Below are positions 1 through 9,178 of a stretch of DNA of 64,000 bases, piece by piece (within the stretch, counting starts at the first letter, position 1; each line of letters starts with the position of its first letter). The stretch lies in the sequence record NC_048173.1; one strand, given 5' to 3'. The position numbers and the translations under genes were made by a program. The notes under the pieces were generated by a model. That model made no database searches. It was not told where the DNA came from and saw only the letters and a list, made by a program, of their open reading frames with translations.

Positions 1-177
1 TTTGGTGCCGTACGTCCGGGAATGGGGGTGCAGTACAACTACGCCAACGACGGTGGGATGTTCACCAAGCACGGGACTATCATCGGGGAGATACACCACA
101 CCGCCCTTGATGGTGGGGGTACAGCTGGAGAACAATACGTTTCCAATGCAGAAATCTTGCTCTGGATTGCCGACTAG
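1..177 (+). CDS. 3' end of a protein truncated by the window edge, probably a virion structural protein
   Basis: Frame 1 is open from base 1 (FGAVRPGMGVQYNY...LLWIAD) to TAG at 175-177 and is followed by a hairpin-rich intergenic region; not in the ORF track. Confidence 0.6.
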   Translation, partial: FGAVRPGMGVQYNYANDGGMFTKHGTIIGEIHHTALDGGGTAGEQYVSNAEILLWIAD

Positions 178-407
178 ATTTTTTACAACAGGCTACTTAG
201 ATATAAGTCAGCCAGGGGATACCTAGGTTTGGGAGGGGGGTTTTTAACGAGTGACGAGCGTAGCGAGACACGACCTCCTTATTCCTAAGTAATCCTGTAA
301 GGGATTACGCTTAAGTAAGCTCTCCCTCCGGGGAGAGTCCTTATTTCTTTTTACGTTATTTTCTAATGGTATGTTATCCAAAACCCATTTAATAAGGAAT
401 TATCCGA

Positions 408-1163
408 ATGAGCGTTACTACAGATATCGTTCTCTATAAACTCTCTGCTGACCTCATCAAGAAGATTGATGAATTCGAAAAGGCAACGTTCGGTAAAAAC
501 GCCAGCAAGCTCTGGGACCGTATGCTGAAAGTTCTGCCGCAGAATGCCGCGGAGTTAGAGATTCTCGGTGTGCAGGCAACCAACCGTGACAGCACTATTG
601 TTATCCTGTATAAGGCTGATGGTGTGGAAGGCGGTAAGACCCTGCAAATCGCGGACACGGGTACCGTCGGCAATATGCTGTTCCTGCACGCAGTGGCGTT
701 TGCCCCGGCGTATCAGGCGCTGGGTTCGATCTACGACATCGATTACATCTATCAGCTGGCCAACACCATCTCTGGACGTATCGTGCCGAACGAGTTTGAC
801 AGCTATCCGCAGTACGTGAAACGTATTCGCCCAGAAGACTTTGACGACGTTGTGTCGCTGGACGTGTTCCGCTTCGAGCTGATTGGTGAAAACCGCACCG
901 ATGACTTCGTGACCTACCTGAAGGCCATTGTGCGCTACCACGCTGAGATGTCAACCGAAGACATGTCGAACAACCACAACGAACTGTACCCGGTTCTGAT
1001 GTACGGTAACCGTGTCGCCTTTGCGACCTACATCCCGTTCCCGGCCCGTATCGTGGCACCGTACCACGACAACACCATTCTGCCGGAACCGCTGGAACTG
1101 GGGCTGGTCTTCACCGATGCAGTGAACGCTATCAGCGAACAACGCTACCATCTGCAGCACTAA
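408..1163 (+). CDS. Hypothetical protein, 251 aa
   Basis: Long ORF, AAGGA RBS, strongly biased codons, TATG upstream, terminator downstream. Confidence 0.85.
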   Translation: MSVTTDIVLYKLSADLIKKIDEFEKATFGKNASKLWDRMLKVLPQNAAELEILGVQATNRDSTIVILYKADGVEGGKTLQIADTGTVGNMLFLHAVAFAPAYQALGSIYDIDYIYQLANTISGRIVPNEFDSYPQYVKRIRPEDFDDVVSLDVFRFELIGENRTDDFVTYLKAIVRYHAEMSTEDMSNNHNELYPVLMYGNRVAFATYIPFPARIVAPYHDNTILPEPLELGLVFTDAVNAISEQRYHLQH

Positions 1164-1173
1164 TAAACAAAAG

Positions 1174-1220
1174 CCGACTACTACCCCTTTTGGGGTAGTA
1201 GCGGTTATTTCCTTTTTTTC
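1174..1220 (+). terminator. Rho-independent terminator
   Basis: CTACTACCCC-TTTT-GGGGTAGTAG stem followed by a T-rich tract. Confidence 0.8.
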
Positions 1221-1222
1221 CT

Positions 1223-1259
1223 AACGAAAAATATTTCAGATATATATTACTTTCATGAA
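1223..1259 (+). promoter_or_regulatory. Putative early (virion RNAP) promoter, copy 1
   Basis: AACGAAAA-N6-CAGATATATATTACTTT-NN-TGAA; contains TATATTAC, the phiKZ early promoter core; nearly identical copy at 26822. Confidence 0.75.
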
Positions 1260-1305
1260 CGAGATGCATTATCTCACCTAATCTAAATACTTGTGGAGCT
1301 TTCAA

Positions 1306-1584
1306 ATGACTATTACCCGTACTCTGATTCATGTTGTTGCTGTTCTGGCTGTCGCTGTATTCTTCATTCTGTCTCCATTCGCTGTAATGGATTTACTGGG
1401 TGGCAATGATAACGCCATCGTTGCAGGCTTAGGCGGTGCACTGTACATCGTTACTGCACTGGGCTTTGTATTCTCAGATTCACTGGAACTGAACTTTGGT
1501 CCGTTCCGCATGTACCGCAACTTTGTAGATAACAATCGCTACGTAGCTCCAGTCTGGCGTTACGTGTTCTCTAACGAAGACTAA
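1306..1584 (+). CDS. Small membrane protein (early)
   Basis: GGAG RBS before ATG 1306; two hydrophobic segments. Confidence 0.75.
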   Translation: MTITRTLIHVVAVLAVAVFFILSPFAVMDLLGGNDNAIVAGLGGALYIVTALGFVFSDSLELNFGPFRMYRNFVDNNRYVAPVWRYVFSNED

Positions 1585-1624
1585 TACCCTTACTTAACTA
1601 AAACCAACTAAAAGGATTACCGCC

Positions 1625-1798
1625 ATGAAAAATGATAACCTCGATATGCTGCTGAAACTGTCTGGTAAAGAACTCGCTGCTGTGATGGCACAGGTAAAAG
1701 CTGAGAAAGCAGCAGGCCAACGTCTTCCGGCGGTAAGTCCAGTGAAAGCATACCTCTCAACTGACTTCCGTCCTAACCGCATTCTGAATAAGGCATAA
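1625..1798 (+). CDS. Hypothetical 57-aa protein, absent from the ORF track
   Basis: AAGGA RBS; MKNDNLDMLLKLSGKELAAV...RILNKA*; fills the gap between neighbours. Confidence 0.7.
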   Translation: MKNDNLDMLLKLSGKELAAVMAQVKAEKAAGQRLPAVSPVKAYLSTDFRPNRILNKA

Positions 1799-1802
1799 TC
1801 AC

Positions 1803-2252
1803 ATGTACTTCTTAAACGACAAAGGTGCAGCTCGCCTCGCTGAGCTGAAAGTAGGTGCAGGCGTTGAGCTGACTCTGCAGGCCGGCAAACAGATTATTGA
1901 CCGTGGTGGTAATCTGGTACGCAAGTTTAAACTGACCAACCACGGAAAAGTACATCATGTCGAATTGGCTATGGACGAGTACAGTCTGGTACACCCAGCG
2001 GAAGTCCAACCCATTGTGCTCGATGAAGAAGAGCCACTGGTGTTCGAGAAGATGAACAACTGTGCTCGTGGCGCTCGCTACAAAGTCGAACTGTGCCGCG
2101 ACGGTGGACGTGCCTTCGTCAAAGTGAAAACCCTGTCCGGCGTTAACCCGTCTGATTTCAGCTTTGCTATTAATCACATCATCCAAGACCTGCTGACTAA
2201 CGCCAGTCAGAACCTGCGGATGAAAATTACCTCTTTCCCTCAAATTCAGTAA
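1803..2252 (+). CDS. Hypothetical early protein
   Basis: 149-aa ORF in the operon, AAGG RBS. Confidence 0.8.
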   Translation: MYFLNDKGAARLAELKVGAGVELTLQAGKQIIDRGGNLVRKFKLTNHGKVHHVELAMDEYSLVHPAEVQPIVLDEEEPLVFEKMNNCARGARYKVELCRDGGRAFVKVKTLSGVNPSDFSFAINHIIQDLLTNASQNLRMKITSFPQIQ

Positions 2253-2265
2253 TAAGGATATTCCC

Positions 2266-2403
2266 ATGAAAGCATACTTCAATACCCGTGTTCTGGCTGT
2301 GCTGGTTGTCGCTACTCTGTTCGGCACTTTAGGGGCAAGCGTTGTCCACGGTTATGAGCAGTGCCGCGCAAACGGCCACAGCAGCATGACCTGCAATAAG
2401 TAA
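2266..2403 (+). CDS. 45-aa membrane-anchored or secreted peptide, absent from the ORF track
   Basis: TAAGGA RBS; MKAYFNTRVLAVLVVATLFGTLGASVVHGYEQCRANGHSSMTCNK*; hydrophobic N-terminus and a Cys pair. Confidence 0.7.
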   Translation: MKAYFNTRVLAVLVVATLFGTLGASVVHGYEQCRANGHSSMTCNK

Positions 2404-2468
2404 TCGCAGTCGCAGTACCCGCAGTAAATCTTCTTAACAAAACCCATTGAATATACTTGGAGCTAATC

Positions 2469-2909
2469 ATGAACGCAATCAACACCCTGAAACCATCTAC
2501 TATTTCTACCGAAGTTAAAGCATTCGTTCGTAACCAGCCTGTCGCACTGCTGTGCTTAACCAATTTCATCTACAGTGGCCGGGACTTAAAAGACCTGACC
2601 GTTGAAGAACTGCAGCGTGTTCACGACGAATCCCTTGAGAAAGGTAAATCGTTTGTACTGGAAGTGCCTGACGCTGACCAGCCGCAGGAAGTCTTAAACG
2701 CGTACTACCACAACGCCATCGCCAAAGAACTGATGTCGGCTGAAACCAACGAACCGCTGGTAGCCGAATCCGTATCGGGCATGATTGACGAACTGGTGGA
2801 GCGTGTGAAGAACAGCCCACGCGTTGGGCAGTATTATGCCATCCTCGAAAAGTCTGACCCTAATCAGGCCCAGTTCTTCGATGACATGAAAGCGTTGATT
2901 CAAGAGTAA
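2469..2909 (+). CDS. Hypothetical early protein
   Basis: TGGAGCTAATC-ATG start at 2469; terminator downstream. Confidence 0.8.
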   Translation: MNAINTLKPSTISTEVKAFVRNQPVALLCLTNFIYSGRDLKDLTVEELQRVHDESLEKGKSFVLEVPDADQPQEVLNAYYHNAIAKELMSAETNEPLVAESVSGMIDELVERVKNSPRVGQYYAILEKSDPNQAQFFDDMKALIQE

Positions 2910-2917
2910 TACCAAAC

Positions 2918-2950
2918 GGGGAACTTCGGTTCCCCATTCACTTTATTTTT
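2918..2950 (+). terminator. Rho-independent terminator
   Basis: GGGGAAC-TTCG-GTTCCCC plus T tract. Confidence 0.8.
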
Positions 2951-2967
2951 TCCTGAGGAGTAATCTA

Positions 2968-3546
2968 ATGACTGTTGACTTTGGCCGCCAGAATAAAATC
3001 CCTGTTATCAACGCAAAGGGCGTGGCCGCACATCCATACGCACCGCTCGAAGTGGGGATGCTCGTACACCAGCGTAGTCGGGGCCTGATGTCCCAGCCGG
3101 AAGAGAATCGTAAAGCCGCATTTGTGTTCAACTGGGAACGTGCGTTTTTCTTCATTCATCTTGAAGAAGACATGATTGATTGGGTCAACCATTCGCCGTG
3201 GTTGACCAAACCTATCTTGATGTTCCAGATGTCTGCACCCGATTTCGGCCAACCGTTGTTTTATAACGCGATGCCGGGTGTACCGATTCAACACACGATT
3301 CGTCGTTGTGAGGGGTATGCGGGTATGGTTTATACGCTGGAAGATTTTGGCGACATCCAAGCCAACTTCCGCGAAAGCCTCACCATGAGTCGCGCTAATT
3401 TCCTTAACAAGCTTAAGGAAAACATCCCCGACTTCCAGTTCCCAAGCGAGAACTACGTCAGTCCAACCACGTGGCGTGAATCTTCCCACCATATCGTCGA
3501 CATCGACGGTTACGTGGTGTCTATCACTCACCGCGGAAAGCCATAG
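2968..3546 (+). CDS. Hypothetical protein, 192 aa
   Basis: GAGGAG RBS, intact ORF. Confidence 0.8.
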   Translation: MTVDFGRQNKIPVINAKGVAAHPYAPLEVGMLVHQRSRGLMSQPEENRKAAFVFNWERAFFFIHLEEDMIDWVNHSPWLTKPILMFQMSAPDFGQPLFYNAMPGVPIQHTIRRCEGYAGMVYTLEDFGDIQANFRESLTMSRANFLNKLKENIPDFQFPSENYVSPTTWRESSHHIVDIDGYVVSITHRGKP

Positions 3547-3559
3547 ACATAAAAGCCTA

Positions 3560-3615
3560 CCCCTCTACCCGTTGGGTAGAGGGGCTATAAACCTGAGCGG
3601 TTTATTTTTTTTTGT
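3560..3615. terminator. Likely bidirectional terminator between convergent genes
   Basis: CCCCTCTACCC-GTT-GGGTAGAGGGG, with an A-run upstream and a T-run downstream. Confidence 0.7.
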
Positions 3616-5157
3616 TTAGAACAGGTCACCGGACATGCCGCCGGTGAATTTATTAATGGAGTTCGCAGTAACTTCGAATTCTTTATCGACATCCCATGGC
3701 AGGATGCAATGGTCTTCAAACGGAATAACCGTGTAGTGATGTTTTTCTGGCGTGTCAATAATCGTACGGTGCTTACCACGCTGCACTTCTAAATAACTGC
3801 GTCCTTCAATCACACGCTTGTTGAAGAACATCTCGCCGTCGGCTTCGTTATCCAGAGAAGAACAGGTGTCGTACAAGCCACGTCCCGGTAACGATTTAAC
3901 GAAAGCGGATTCATCAATCGCTTTCAGGCGTTTACCTTCCGGGCTAATCTGGTGTGGACCTAACAGGAACCCACGGTTACGCACTACCTGAATGTTACGG
4001 GCAATACGGTAAATCTCTTTAATGTCGGAACCGGCAATCCCGTTCCCGTGACCAGCTTTGTTGATGGTACCAAAGTAGTCCGCACGAATCCCCACGACAT
4101 GATAACCACGACGTTTGGCATCGCTGATAAGGTCGTTGAGGTAATGCACTTTAAAATCGGAGTTAGTATGTTTCTGGAATTCATAGTTCCAACCGTTACG
4201 GTTCAGTTTCGAACACACGTAATCGGCCATAACCGAAACATCCTGATTGACCATGTCGGCTTTGGTGCCCTCGAAGTGACCGTACAGCATCTGGTATGCG
4301 GTAGCGATGTTAATATCGAGTTCGTTCTCCAGCGACAGGTCAAGTATCATCGGCTGCAAATCACCTTTGATATCTTTCATCACGTATTCAGGCGTGTTGA
4401 ACACCGGAACCGAAATAGCCATACACAAACTGAACAGCGATTTACAGTTGAACGGCAGCGCAGGCATCAGCCACATCTCTTCGGTAATCCCACCGTTACA
4501 ACCCATCATGCGGTTCATGGACTGCCAACCAGTACGTAAACCGTGGCCCGCTGCTTTATCTTTGATAGAACTGAACACCTTCGCAAATGGGGCGGCGTTC
4601 GCGGTGTTCAAAGTGTTAACTAAAGATGGAATCTTATTATGACTACGTTCAGTGAACGTAGAGATGGAATCACGAAGGTTCCCTAACGCAGTGCTGAGGT
4701 CAATACGGGTCTCCGTACCGTTCAGCGCACCAAAGGCTTGACCCAATGTCTTACGTAACGTAACGGCATTCAGTGCTTGACGCAACTGGAAGTAATGGCG
4801 TGATACCATCTTATTGAGGTACGCTACGCGCTCCTCTGGCTTTGTGTCATCCGGTACTTCATCGCCTGCGATAAATTCCACTACGGTATCGTATAGGGGG
4901 CGATTCTGCGTTGTTGCCAATTTCAATTGGCGCATAGCGGCATCGTGGTCGTATGGAACCTGCCCATCAATAATGGGTTCGATGATAGCTTTGATTTCGG
5001 TGAGGGCGAGACGTTCGTCATCCTCATCGACATAATCCGGAAGACGAGATTCCGCTAATACCTTTCTTATGACCTCATGATCTGTTTGAGGCTCGGATAA
5101 AAGGCTTTCCGCGTGCAAAGTGGCTAGTGCGGTAATCAACATCGTCTTAATATTCAT
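3616..5157 (-). CDS. dnaB: DnaB-like replicative helicase (phiKZ gp118-like)
   Basis: GLRTGWQSMNRMMG, Walker-A-like ALPFNCKS, DLSLEN, ADYFG, VQRGKHR; position next to the capsid gene is as in phiKZ-like phages. Confidence 0.8.
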   Translation of the reverse strand: MNIKTMLITALATLHAESLLSEPQTDHEVIRKVLAESRLPDYVDEDDERLALTEIKAIIEPIIDGQVPYDHDAAMRQLKLATTQNRPLYDTVVEFIAGDEVPDDTKPEERVAYLNKMVSRHYFQLRQALNAVTLRKTLGQAFGALNGTETRIDLSTALGNLRDSISTFTERSHNKIPSLVNTLNTANAAPFAKVFSSIKDKAAGHGLRTGWQSMNRMMGCNGGITEEMWLMPALPFNCKSLFSLCMAISVPVFNTPEYVMKDIKGDLQPMILDLSLENELDINIATAYQMLYGHFEGTKADMVNQDVSVMADYVCSKLNRNGWNYEFQKHTNSDFKVHYLNDLISDAKRRGYHVVGIRADYFGTINKAGHGNGIAGSDIKEIYRIARNIQVVRNRGFLLGPHQISPEGKRLKAIDESAFVKSLPGRGLYDTCSSLDNEADGEMFFNKRVIEGRSYLEVQRGKHRTIIDTPEKHHYTVIPFEDHCILPWDVDKEFEVTANSINKFTGGMSGDLF

Positions 5158-5168
5158 GGAGCAACCTT

Positions 5169-5711
5169 ATGCTAATTCGTTTTAGTCCGCCGTGGGAAGA
5201 TGGTCCTGACATAGATAAAGGTGCTAGTGTAAAAAAGTTAGCAGACCTTCAGGCGCATTTCTTTAACTGGCTCTATGATTGCCCGCAAGGCTTCAGCTCG
5301 AAGACCCTGCCTGAGCAGTCCCCTCTTTATCTGTTTGACATCGTTATGGCACGCCCTGACTGTCCGAACAGTTATTATGACTACGTACTCAACATAGTTG
5401 AACGTGGCGATAAAGTGACTCTGTCTGATTTATATGGGATAGAGTTTCCTGAAAGTCGACTCCGTTGGAAGTTTAAACTCCAGGACGACAAAACGGTTGT
5501 GGCAACATTGGTTAGCGAGTCAAGCCCATCATGTGGGTTTGAAGCCACTGACGAATGTACTGCAAAAAAGATGTTCTGCGCAGAACTTTTTAAATTCATG
5601 CGTCCGAAGACTCGCGTCGTCGACGACACGTACAGCACTTCTACGCAATTCGCGCAAAACGAAGTGTTAACGGCGTTATACGCATGTCATCTCACTGAAA
5701 GGGTATCTTAA
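5169..5711 (+). CDS. Hypothetical protein upstream of the major capsid gene
   Basis: 180-aa ORF, GGAG RBS, stop 1 nt before the capsid ATG. Confidence 0.75.
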   Translation: MLIRFSPPWEDGPDIDKGASVKKLADLQAHFFNWLYDCPQGFSSKTLPEQSPLYLFDIVMARPDCPNSYYDYVLNIVERGDKVTLSDLYGIEFPESRLRWKFKLQDDKTVVATLVSESSPSCGFEATDECTAKKMFCAELFKFMRPKTRVVDDTYSTSTQFAQNEVLTALYACHLTERVS

Positions 5712-5712
5712 G

Positions 5713-7968
5713 ATGAAAGAAAGTCGTATCATTAAGCTGGAGTCGCTGATTGACGTTGGCCAAAAAATGGTTGATAACGCTAAGCTCAGCGGTAACTCCG
5801 AAACACTGTGGAAAACCATGGTCGGGCGCGAGTCTATCAAAGGTAGTCGTGATCTGATGCGTTCTCAGTCTGAGAACGCAGTTTCTGGTTATCAGGAAGT
5901 TACTTCCAAAAAACTGGGTGTAGCTGCACAGCGCGCTTCCAACATGATCCTGGCCGCGGCCCACAACCCGCTGGCGTTTGTGACCACTGTGGCGCAAGAA
6001 TCCCTGAAGTCTGATTACGATAAGTATCAGTCTGCTTCCTTCGCCGGTGCAACCGACGTGGACTACGGCAAAAACTTCGTTGGTGCCGAATACTACTCCG
6101 ACAAAGACCTGGACAAAAACCTGGGCCTGAGCTGGACCCTGAACGTACGTGCTCTGGAAACTCAGTCTCGCTTCGCCGAAACTCTGTATCCGACCATCAC
6201 CGTTGACAGCAACGACGTTGGTATCACGATCCGTACTAAAATCACCACCGTTACCCGCGGCGTGATGAACGCACTGCTGGCGAAAGACAGCGTTGAAGAC
6301 AACCGCCGTCCGCTGCACGATGCGCTGACCGACCACCGTGTTCTGCAGGATGATGCAATCCGCATCGTTCCGTACATCATGGAAGACGGTAAAAACTCCG
6401 AGTTCTTCGTTGATCCTGCTATCATCGAAAACACCACTGTACAGCTGGGCCGTGTGCCGGCGTACCCAACTAACTACCTGAACTTCGAGCAAACCCAGCT
6501 GAACCTGTTCCGTCTGGCCGCTCACCCGGGTATCGTTAGCGAAGGCTACGACGAAACCGACGAAATCGCACCGGGCGCAGCTCTGGGCGAAATCCTGCTG
6601 TCCGTGCGTAAGAAAGGCGAAGCCCTGGCTGATGGCGCGCTGTTCAAAATCAACACCCGCGACATGCAATACTCTACTTTCCAGCGTCCTGCTGAAGGTG
6701 GTGGTCGTGAGCTGCTGCTGAACTTCCGCGCAACTGTGTTTACCATCAACGGTAAATCCAAAGACTGGAAAGGCAACGAAATGCCTGCCCTGGACGCGCT
6801 GAAAGCGAACGGCTATAGCCTGCGCTTCGTGATTTCTGTGAACATGAGCATGCACACCACTGGTGACCGCTCTGGCTTCGTAGACATCACCGGTAAGTCT
6901 CTGCGTATCGACTCCGTGGTAACTGCTGACGGTACTAAACTGCCGATCAACGAAGGCTCCGTGAAAACCATTCTGGAAAACATCCAGCTGGAACTCTACG
7001 GCTGGCGCTTCGATGGTACTCGTACCAACGAAAACCGTCGTACTCAGGGCCTGATGCTTGACCCGATCTGGGAACAGGAAAACTACAAACTGCAATACGG
7101 TTCTCCGCTGCTGACCAAATCTCCAATTGGTGGCGAGTACGACGATGCAGAGCGTCTGGACGACCTGATCTCCGCAGTTAACATCCGTAACGAATCCCTG
7201 GCCGTTAGCCAGACTCTGAACTACACCGAACAGCTGCGCGAAGTTGTTGCTGCTAAAGTTACGGCGTACGACAAAGCTGCTATCCGTGGTCTGGGCCGTC
7301 ACTGGGTGTCTGCATGGTTCGAAGAGCTGGAATTCGATGTGTCCAAACACATCCAGACCTCCGATACCAAAGATGCGCTGGTCAACGCCCGTCAGGGTCT
7401 GCTGAACCGTCTGGGTGATCAGGTTACCCGTGCAATTCAGGAATCTCGCTACATGCCGGCTCTGCGCCTGCTGACTGCGAACCCTGACGCACGTCCGGTA
7501 GTTGTGATTGCAACTGACGAACCAACCGCGTCTATGCTGCTCCTGCAGCAGGGTGAAACCCGTATCCTGGGTGACCGTTACCAGTACGAAGTCGTTACCA
7601 CTAACGATGACCGCTGGCGTGTGAAAGACACGGATTACAACTCTGTAGTTCGTCGTCTGCAATGGGTGCTGCGTGTTGACCAGGAGAACGATGGTTCTTA
7701 CTGCGTCCTGAACTGGGGTAACCACTTCTGGTCTCCGGTGATGGTAACCAACATCAACATCCAGCGTAACGGTGGTGTGTCTAAAGAGCTGGCAGTTCAG
7801 CCTCGTAACGCGCACATCAACCACTGCCCGGTAGCCGGCGTAATCCTGATCAAAGGCATCACCGAGTTCGTTGCGAAGAAACTGGCTTACTATGTCGAGC
7901 TGGCGAACGCACCGACCGACGACACCAATCTGGGTCCGGTTGACGGCTCTGCTGGTACTGGCTCCTAA
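5713..7968 (+). CDS. Major capsid protein precursor (phiKZ gp120-like)
   Basis: 751 aa; extreme high-expression codon bias; synteny helicase-X-MCP-Y-RNAP; AQE/ALE protease-type sites in the N-terminal region; strong terminator downstream. Confidence 0.9.
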   Translation: MKESRIIKLESLIDVGQKMVDNAKLSGNSETLWKTMVGRESIKGSRDLMRSQSENAVSGYQEVTSKKLGVAAQRASNMILAAAHNPLAFVTTVAQESLKSDYDKYQSASFAGATDVDYGKNFVGAEYYSDKDLDKNLGLSWTLNVRALETQSRFAETLYPTITVDSNDVGITIRTKITTVTRGVMNALLAKDSVEDNRRPLHDALTDHRVLQDDAIRIVPYIMEDGKNSEFFVDPAIIENTTVQLGRVPAYPTNYLNFEQTQLNLFRLAAHPGIVSEGYDETDEIAPGAALGEILLSVRKKGEALADGALFKINTRDMQYSTFQRPAEGGGRELLLNFRATVFTINGKSKDWKGNEMPALDALKANGYSLRFVISVNMSMHTTGDRSGFVDITGKSLRIDSVVTADGTKLPINEGSVKTILENIQLELYGWRFDGTRTNENRRTQGLMLDPIWEQENYKLQYGSPLLTKSPIGGEYDDAERLDDLISAVNIRNESLAVSQTLNYTEQLREVVAAKVTAYDKAAIRGLGRHWVSAWFEELEFDVSKHIQTSDTKDALVNARQGLLNRLGDQVTRAIQESRYMPALRLLTANPDARPVVVIATDEPTASMLLLQQGETRILGDRYQYEVVTTNDDRWRVKDTDYNSVVRRLQWVLRVDQENDGSYCVLNWGNHFWSPVMVTNINIQRNGGVSKELAVQPRNAHINHCPVAGVILIKGITEFVAKKLAYYVELANAPTDDTNLGPVDGSAGTGS

Positions 7969-8025
7969 GCATTTATGCTGATAAGCTGGTAAAAAATACG
8001 TCAAGGATTTGATGTATGGTATTCG

Positions 8026-8062
8026 GGAGCCCCTTCGGGGGCTCCTGTTTATTTTTATTTTT
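8026..8062 (+). terminator. Rho-independent terminator after the capsid gene
   Basis: GGAGCCCC-TTCG-GGGGCTCC plus T tract. Confidence 0.85.
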
Positions 8063-8160
8063 TACGTGAGGGGTATCTCTTATGCAAGAGAGGACGTAGT
8101 GTAAAAAAACATAGACATATGTTATTTTCGTGACATCCTGCAATAAAAGAGGTCAACGTT

Positions 8161-9168
8161 GTGAACTTCCAGCAACAACGGCCCTCTGCATCTACGGCGA
8201 TATTACCGTCTTACCAACCGTTCACCCGAACAGTGGTCTATGAGAATCGGACAGGGTTTCCGATTACTGCGAGTCAGGCTCATGGCGAGTACGTGGTTAT
8301 TCAACCGTTGAATGAACAAGTACCGAAGATGGAGTTTAGCGTCTATGTACATTACCATGCGAGAACAGAAGCAAACCTCGCAGGGTTAAAGGGGGCCTTA
8401 ACCGATACTGAGTATAGTTTGGTTAGGGACGGAATCGTAGAACGAGGTTATGCCACGTTGAAGTATAGCGTGACTGATTTCTCTGCCTTCGCTTCGGAAG
8501 AGGGTATTCATCTTCCAGTAATTGGGGTGGCCTTGGTAAAAGGGGTGATGACAAATCACGTCTTCCCAACGGACAAGCCAAATGTGAGCGAAACGTCAGG
8601 CAGTTCCCATTTACAGATTGCGGTAAGTGTGGTAACTGACCAAGCTCTACGGACAGAACGAAAGTACATTCGATTTCTCTCTAGCGTGATTGAGGTACAA
8701 CCACAGGTGAGTTCAGTTTACGAGCCGGGTGTGTACATCATGATTAATCCTAACGGGCCCAAGCCCATTATGGAGTTCTTTCCACTTGGGGACAAGCGTT
8801 GTCCATTCCAAGTGTTCCCTAGCCGAGCACAGGCCGAAGCATTTGAGTGGGCAGACAGCTCACCTGAATACCTTGGCATGTTAAAAGAGCAAATCGCTCG
8901 GGATAGGATACTGTTAGATAAGGAGGCTAATGAGAAACGCAACGAGTTGGAAATCGCACATAGAGCCCAACTCGATGACCTTGCGCTAAAGAAAGAAGAG
9001 ATGAGCATGGAACGTAAGGAGCGTGAGTACGAATTCAAAACGCGCCTAGAACAACAGAAGGCGTATTACGAAGAACGTTCATACGCACGAAAGGACTCTT
9101 CAGAGCTGCTGAAGTGGCTACCTGCACTAATAACAGGAGCGGCAGCATTGTTTGGATTTTTAGCTTAG
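8161..9168 (+). CDS. Conserved hypothetical protein with a C-terminal coiled coil and hydrophobic tail
   Basis: 335 aa, GTG start with GAGG RBS; E/K/R-rich helix then LLKWLPALITGAAALFGFLA. Confidence 0.8.
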   Translation: MNFQQQRPSASTAILPSYQPFTRTVVYENRTGFPITASQAHGEYVVIQPLNEQVPKMEFSVYVHYHARTEANLAGLKGALTDTEYSLVRDGIVERGYATLKYSVTDFSAFASEEGIHLPVIGVALVKGVMTNHVFPTDKPNVSETSGSSHLQIAVSVVTDQALRTERKYIRFLSSVIEVQPQVSSVYEPGVYIMINPNGPKPIMEFFPLGDKRCPFQVFPSRAQAEAFEWADSSPEYLGMLKEQIARDRILLDKEANEKRNELEIAHRAQLDDLALKKEEMSMERKEREYEFKTRLEQQKAYYEERSYARKDSSELLKWLPALITGAAALFGFLA

Positions 9169-9178
9169 CGAGGCAATA

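Noticed and set aside
2-226. 74-aa ORF in the track
   Set aside because: Frame 1 (1-177) gives a more protein-like sequence ending before the hairpin region; the track ORF runs into the structured intergenic DNA.
4405-4450. Non-canonical Walker A (ALPFNCKS) suggesting an inactive helicase
   Set aside because: As I recall, phiKZ-family DnaB homologs generally have atypical Walker A sequences and the other motifs are intact, so this is not evidence of inactivation.
5692-8004. 770-aa antisense ORF over the capsid gene
   Set aside because: In-register shadow of a highly codon-biased gene (few TTA/CTA/TCA codons, so few antisense stops); no RBS and an unnatural V/Q/F/R-rich composition.
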